Positions 59,140 to 64,000 of a stretch of 64,000 nt of DNA are shown here, piece by piece; position 1 is the first letter of the stretch; each line of letters begins with the position of its first letter. The notes under the pieces are model-generated. The model did no database searches and had not been told where the DNA came from. It saw only the letters and a program-made list of their open reading frames with translations. The stretch spans positions 4,768,001-4,832,000 of the forward strand of contig OZ241867.1 in the NCBI GenBank assembly GCA_965203175.1. Reading direction: 5' to 3'. The translations under genes and the position numbers were made by a program. The stretch is from Candidatus Latescibacterota bacterium (lineage in GTDB: Bacteria > Latescibacterota > UBA2968 > UBA8231).

Positions 59140-60000
59140 TTACAAAAAGCGCGTAATCCCAAAGCCCAAGCGCCAGTTGTCAGGGCCCGCGTCGTCGGGT
59201 GCCCCCACCAAGTACTGGGCCGGACTAAGGCGCGTATTATTGGTGGCGAATATGTAAAAGGTATGCCCTCCCGTATCTATGGACAGGCCCCAAGCTAGCG
59301 AATTGTGCGAGCGGCCCGTTTCGCCCGGCAATAAAATGCCTTGGTATCCGGTCAGGGTCGGACTGTACTCCAACCACACGCCCCACATATCGTCAAAGTA
59401 ATACTGGACGTAGGTTCCCAGCGTAAAGGTGTACTGCGTATCGACGCTGAAAACGGCGCTGTTGTACAGATACGAAGGCACTATCCCTATGCCCAACTTT
59501 TCATCCAGCAGCGCGTTGAAAATCAACTGCCCATAGTACTGAAAATTGTCAGCCGCAGCCGCCTTGCGCTTGACAATAGCCGGCATATCCGTATTCCAAG
59601 CTAGGCCGACGTTTAGGCCCAAAACCGCTGGCAAGCGCTCGTGGGGGAATTGCAGCCAATGGTACTGCAACTGCAGATCCAAATTGTCCAGCATATTACT
59701 CCGCCCCAAAGTCGCCATCAGCCGGTCGCTGAGGCCGTAACTAAGCGAGGTGCGGATATTGGCTGGCCCATCAAAACCGAAATTGGCCTTGTACCCCTCG
59801 TCAATGGCCGGGAGAAAGCGGTGCGAGATCTCGTAGTGGAAATCGCCTTGGGACAGCGTTTCCGCGGTGGGGTAATTGGCCGTCCTGATAGCGCTGAACA
59901 ACTCCAGCCGAGTCTCGGTCGGCACACTCGCCTGCCACGACGGCTGGGCACCGGCCAAAGCCGGCAACAGCATTCCCAAGCACAAGACGCGAATGTTCAC
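59140..60000 (-). CDS. DUF5777-like outer-membrane beta-barrel protein
   Basis: Signal peptide; ISHRF...FGFDG.ANIR, YGLSDRL...GR, DTGGH.F....TN, LGFGITR. Confidence 0.8.
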   Translation of the reverse strand: MNIRVLCLGMLLPALAGAQPSWQASVPTETRLELFSAIRTANYPTAETLSQGDFHYEISHRFLPAIDEGYKANFGFDGPANIRTSLSYGLSDRLMATLGRSNMLDNLDLQLQYHWLQFPHERLPAVLGLNVGLAWNTDMPAIVKRKAAAADNFQYYGQLIFNALLDEKLGIGIVPSYLYNSAVFSVDTQYTFTLGTYVQYYFDDMWGVWLEYSPTLTGYQGILLPGETGRSHNSLAWGLSIDTGGHTFYIFATNNTRLSPAQYLVGAPDDAGPDNWRLGFGITRFL

Positions 60001-60017
60001 GGTCAGTCCCTCCTGCC

Positions 60018-60590
60018 CTATTGTACGTGTTTTAAGTAGAACGAGACCTCGACGGCAATTTCCTGACTCACCTTGACAAAGGCCGCTAGGGAAGGTGCCT
60101 CTATGTTGTAGTCGGCCAGTTTAATGGTGAAAGCCGCCTCGACCTTGGAGCGCCCCTCTTCCACTACTACGGTACCGGGCACTTCTACGACACGGTCCAC
60201 CCCGTGCAAAGACAAGATCCCCTTGGTTTTGACGCGGTAGGCGACCACCGTAGAATCGACCGCGGCGTGTTCGGCGATCTTCCCTTTGTACACGGCCTTG
60301 GGCCACTGGTCCGTGTCCAGCACTTGGCGCATATCGCGGTCCCGCTTGCCGATGCCCGTATCAAAGCTGGCTAGGTCCACTTCAAAATGCAGTTGGTCCT
60401 TTGCCGCAAAAATCGGCTCGCCTTCCCAATAGATAAAGCCGTCGATTTTATCGGTCGTGCCGGTAAAAGCAAGGGCCACCACTTTGGAAGTGAACGCGAT
60501 TTGGTTGCCCTCGGCCTTTTTATCGACGTGCCATTCGCCGCCGTGGACGGCTAGCGGCGAGCAGATCAGCAAGCAGATGAACCAGCGCAT
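60018..60590 (-). CDS. YceI family protein
   Basis: VDLASFDTGIGKRD..M...L.T.Q.P.A, G.LSLHGV.R, F.IKL.DY.I..P. Confidence 0.9.
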   Translation of the reverse strand: MRWFICLLICSPLAVHGGEWHVDKKAEGNQIAFTSKVVALAFTGTTDKIDGFIYWEGEPIFAAKDQLHFEVDLASFDTGIGKRDRDMRQVLDTDQWPKAVYKGKIAEHAAVDSTVVAYRVKTKGILSLHGVDRVVEVPGTVVVEEGRSKVEAAFTIKLADYNIEAPSLAAFVKVSQEIAVEVSFYLKHVQ

Positions 60591-60618
60591 GAGACAGAGC
60601 TTGCAGTTTAGAGGCGAA

Positions 60619-61029
60619 TTAGTCGTTGGGAGCCCCATTTTCTATCCAAGCGCGCACCGTTTCGAGCGCGTCCGGCGTCAGGTACGGCCCGCCGGGGGGC
60701 ATGCGGGATCCATCGATATCGGCGTCTGCCAAAAGTTTGAGATACAGGTAGCTGTTGTCGGGATCGCCCGGCTCGATCAGCGCTATGCCACGGCTGCTCT
60801 CCACATTGACGATGTTGTCGTATGCTTGACCCGCGGATAGGTTGGGCCAGGCGCTGTCGCTGTGGCAGCCGCTCAAAGCACAGGAAACATCGAATACCGT
60901 CTCTTGCACCTGCGCAAAGGTCGCCGGCCCTTCGGCGGCAGAGTCGAATACCATATCTGTACTCGTGGTCGGACCGGAACAAGACGTCCCCGTCCATACC
61001 AACGCGACGAGCACGACGAGCGCTTTCAT
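60619..61029 (-). CDS. Lipoprotein with atypical haem-binding CX4CH motif (planctomycete-type cytochrome c-like)
   Basis: Lipobox-like TSC; CALSGCH; PGDPDNSYL..KL, MPPGG, I..WI..GA. Confidence 0.75.
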   Translation of the reverse strand: MKALVVLVALVWTGTSCSGPTTSTDMVFDSAAEGPATFAQVQETVFDVSCALSGCHSDSAWPNLSAGQAYDNIVNVESSRGIALIEPGDPDNSYLYLKLLADADIDGSRMPPGGPYLTPDALETVRAWIENGAPND

Positions 61030-61157
61030 GGCCTTTTCTCCTTGGGATATACTACATCCGCAAGCTAACCACGCCGGTCTGGCCCTGCAACACGCGGGAG
61101 AATGGGCTTTTGAATTTAGAACGTACTAGTTCAGTTCAAGGGGCTCTGCTCAACTTC

Positions 61158-62840
61158 TCACAAGCTCTTCTCGATCATCGCTACAATCTCGTCTGTATTA
61201 CTCGTTATCATAAGACGCTCCACGATCAGCCCTTGTGAGTCCACCAAGTAATACGAAGGAATGCCATTTACTTGGTAGGACTTGGCCACGTCTAAGCCTC
61301 GGCCGTTAGCACGCACGTGGACGCCTTTGATCTCGTGTTTATCAATCGCCTCTCGCCAAGCAGCATCGTCCGTGTCTATCGACAGGTTGAGGAAAACCAC
61401 GGGCCAGTCGGCCGTCTTTTCCTTGATTCTGCGGAGATCGGGCAGGTCGCCGATACACGGCCCGCACCAACTCGCCCAGAAATCGAGCAGAATTACCTTC
61501 CCCTTGAATTGGCTCAGCGATACGGGCTGACCGTCGAGGTCGTGAAGGGTGAATTCGGGTGCGGGTTGCCCAGGTTGTAGCTTTAGGGCCTTATACATAA
61601 TTGCTTGGACGGCCTCATTGTATTCCGGGTAAGGATTGATCTCTTGGAAATCTTCCCACTTGCGCTGGACCGACGCAAAGGCGTCGATTCCGCGCTCGAA
61701 GCTACGGATCAGTTCTTCGGCCAGAAACCAGTAGAGCACTCTCCCCTCCAGTTTTTCCTTGGCCAAATCGTATCTTGCCGAAAAACTAGTAAACCTCTTC
61801 CGAGTAGGGGGCCCTGTAGTTATCGAATCAAGCTGGGCCCGCACCGCCCCCGACAGGCCAAGGCTCGATAGATCAATCCTCTCGAACAGCTTGAGCGGCT
61901 GGTAGTGTTCGTACAGCGAATCGAGTTGGGCTCGGGCGACCTCCGATAGCTCCGATAGGTCGAGTTTCTCGATTTGCGACAGGCTGGGTCGTCTGTTCGC
62001 TTCGTACATCAAGTCGAGGCGGGCCAAAGTCTCCTCCGACAACTCCAAACTCGACAGATCATATATTTCGGAGAATTTAGGCGTCCAGAATAGGCCGGAC
62101 TCTTCTCTCAACTTGCGCAACTCCCAGTCCAAGGTGCGCTTCAGAAAGGAGCGATAATCTCCCACACCTATGGCCTTTTCGTTGACTAAGGGAATTTTCT
62201 CAAAAAAGTTGTAATACTCCGGAGTGATCTCTCCGTTGTCGTGGCCATTGGCACGGCGGTACTTAGTTGGATAGGAAATCATGAGGCTGGCCCACTCGTA
62301 GTTGAAGTAGGCCGTCGCATAGTCGATGAACCCCGGAGAGAACGCGTATTTTTCGCGCCCTTCAGCTAGGAACTCCAATTGATCCTGCAACCACTGATCC
62401 GCTTGGCGAGAAAAGTCCTCCACCTGCAGCTCCTCGTAGTCCAAGCGAGGGCTCCAAAAGCGCGGAAGCAGCTCGGCCATGAAGCGGTTGTTGTCCGCGT
62501 TGGGGCCGCTGAACGAGTAAGCGCCCTCCTCCACGACGACGTGCAGACTGTCGCCGGGTTCAACGAAAAAGGTCAACCGTTCCCCATCGCAATAGGCCCT
62601 GACACGGGTCCCTCGGACGACAGGCAGTTTGAAGGCGAAGTGGTCTAGGCTGTCGAGAACGACGCGCTGCTCGGAGCTTTCCAGCGCCGATGGCAATTCG
62701 TAGTCAAACGTGATTTCCCGCGAAGTTGGATTCCGAATTTCGCCGGTGATGATCGCAACCGATGGCTGGCCTTGGACGCTGGCTAGACAAGCGCTCGACG
62801 CTATCAGTATGGCCATTAGCAGGTTACAGTATGTATTCAT
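61158..62840 (-). CDS. TlpA/redoxin family disulfide reductase with long N-terminal region
   Basis: G.PAP.FTL.D.DG..VSLSQFKGKVILLDFWASWCGPC, Y.V.GIP.Y.L.D..G; start taken at MNTYCN. Confidence 0.9.
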   Translation of the reverse strand: MNTYCNLLMAILIASSACLASVQGQPSVAIITGEIRNPTSREITFDYELPSALESSEQRVVLDSLDHFAFKLPVVRGTRVRAYCDGERLTFFVEPGDSLHVVVEEGAYSFSGPNADNNRFMAELLPRFWSPRLDYEELQVEDFSRQADQWLQDQLEFLAEGREKYAFSPGFIDYATAYFNYEWASLMISYPTKYRRANGHDNGEITPEYYNFFEKIPLVNEKAIGVGDYRSFLKRTLDWELRKLREESGLFWTPKFSEIYDLSSLELSEETLARLDLMYEANRRPSLSQIEKLDLSELSEVARAQLDSLYEHYQPLKLFERIDLSSLGLSGAVRAQLDSITTGPPTRKRFTSFSARYDLAKEKLEGRVLYWFLAEELIRSFERGIDAFASVQRKWEDFQEINPYPEYNEAVQAIMYKALKLQPGQPAPEFTLHDLDGQPVSLSQFKGKVILLDFWASWCGPCIGDLPDLRRIKEKTADWPVVFLNLSIDTDDAAWREAIDKHEIKGVHVRANGRGLDVAKSYQVNGIPSYYLVDSQGLIVERLMITSNTDEIVAMIEKSL

Positions 62841-62987
62841 TATGAGGCTTGTTCCTTTCAAGGTCTGTGCATTGACGAGGTCTTGTAGACAACTCCGTCG
62901 CTTTATTTTCCTTTCCCGCATGTCATACCCCTGTCGGCCCTGATGCCTCCTGTATGCGCCCGCCTGTCTGCCGAACATCAGTGCCGT

Positions 62988-63998
62988 TCAGTCGTCCTGC
63001 AGTACCTCGAAGAAGACGAGGTTGTTTTTCAGAATCGCGCAGACATGATCGTCCGCCAAGACGAGGTTATTGGATTCGGGGGCGAATAAATAGGGGGGGG
63101 GAGTAGGATCGTAATGCTTGTGAGTGCGTGAATCCTCAAAGTATAGTATCGCCCGCCAGGGCAGGGCACCGTAATCGGTCACGGAATAGGCATCGAGCTT
63201 GGACCATCTCTGGACGTAGGCAATATCGCCGTGGATGATCAGTCCAAGAGGGAAATATTTATCGGGAACGTATTCGACCTCCACCGGTTGACGCAGATCG
63301 CCCATGTCCAGCACGGCTAGCTCCTCGGGCCAGTGCCGCTGGACATACGCCTTGTCACCGTTCAGCGAGATGGGGCCCAGACCCGGCGGCACGGCAATCT
63401 GGTAGATATTCTCGCCGTAGCGCATCTCCAGTGACTCCGGCAACCTCCACCCCCGGCTGGACTTTTTCATCTCCATTCGGAACGATATAGAGTCCGACAA
63501 CGCTCCAGAAGCTAGCTGGTGATGGAGTTTTTCGATGGATTCCTCATACTGTTTGGAAGGTCCAAAGCGGCGCAGGGGCGTCCGGCTCAGCTCTGCAGGG
63601 CGACGAGGATCAGTTAGATCGAGGACGACGAAATCGTGGCCCAAAGTCAGAAAGGCATGTGGTCCAGCCCAGCGCATCTCCCAGTTCTTGGGCCAGACGT
63701 GTTTAGCCTGCTCTGCGATCGGCAGCACGTGGACCGATTGAGGCAGACCGCCTTCCCGCACGTCGAAACTGTGCAGTTCGAGCGATTCGCTCCCAAGCAG
63801 ACCAGCGTACAGATGGCCCTCCCATGCGGCCCACCCCACCAGCCTAGGAGTGTGCATCAACAAGGGGGTGGAGCCCGCCTCAATGGGATAGAGGAAGCGC
63901 TGTGCCCGCAGTTGGGGGCGCTCGGGCTGACTGAGATCGAATACGGCCACCCCCACGCTGTCTTGCGCCTCAGCCGATCCCCAGACATAGGCAGTCGA
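62988..63998 (-). CDS. LVIVD-repeat-like beta-propeller protein, 5' end outside window
   Basis: Frame open to the window edge; AVFDLSQPERP, VVLDLTDPRRP, AVLDMGDLRQP repeats. Confidence 0.7.
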   Translation of the reverse strand, partial: STAYVWGSAEAQDSVGVAVFDLSQPERPQLRAQRFLYPIEAGSTPLLMHTPRLVGWAAWEGHLYAGLLGSESLELHSFDVREGGLPQSVHVLPIAEQAKHVWPKNWEMRWAGPHAFLTLGHDFVVLDLTDPRRPAELSRTPLRRFGPSKQYEESIEKLHHQLASGALSDSISFRMEMKKSSRGWRLPESLEMRYGENIYQIAVPPGLGPISLNGDKAYVQRHWPEELAVLDMGDLRQPVEVEYVPDKYFPLGLIIHGDIAYVQRWSKLDAYSVTDYGALPWRAILYFEDSRTHKHYDPTPPPYLFAPESNNLVLADDHVCAILKNNLVFFEVLQDD

Positions 63999-64000
63999 GC

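Overview
GC-rich (about 60% by eye) bacterial window. Eight PhyH dioxygenases, a secreted ankyrin protein, FG-GAP/BNR/sulfatase genes and T9SS-like C-terminal domains suggest an FCB-group (Latescibacterota/Poribacteria-like) host-associated or sponge symbiont; this is an inference. Most of the window is catabolic and secreted-protein genes: ilvD, threonine synthase, two enolase-superfamily genes, a YtrA-type GntR/ABC operon, MFS/ABC transporters, a PemK/MazF TA pair, and a partial Eco29kI-type R-M pair at the left edge. The most interesting region is 27.5-35.3 kb. It holds two cargo cassettes, each bracketed by a decayed 3' end of an SNF2/DUF3883-type helicase and a decayed 5' end of a DUF1156 methylase. 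Cassette 1 is an ABC-type ATPase plus a small PD-(D/E)XK-like protein. Cassette 2 is an AT-rich, tightly coupled Dam-family MTase + ParB/Srx + PRTase-like operon, a candidate undescribed defence or DNA-modification system. Other signals are two genes inserted between duplicated ends of neighbouring genes, a 142-bp MITE with a TAA target duplication, a short C-terminal [ST]WGxLK motif on three secreted proteins, an orphan minus-strand terminator, and a frameshifted secreted-protein gene. No rRNA, tRNA or CRISPR array was seen. All family assignments come from motif recognition by eye, not from database searches.
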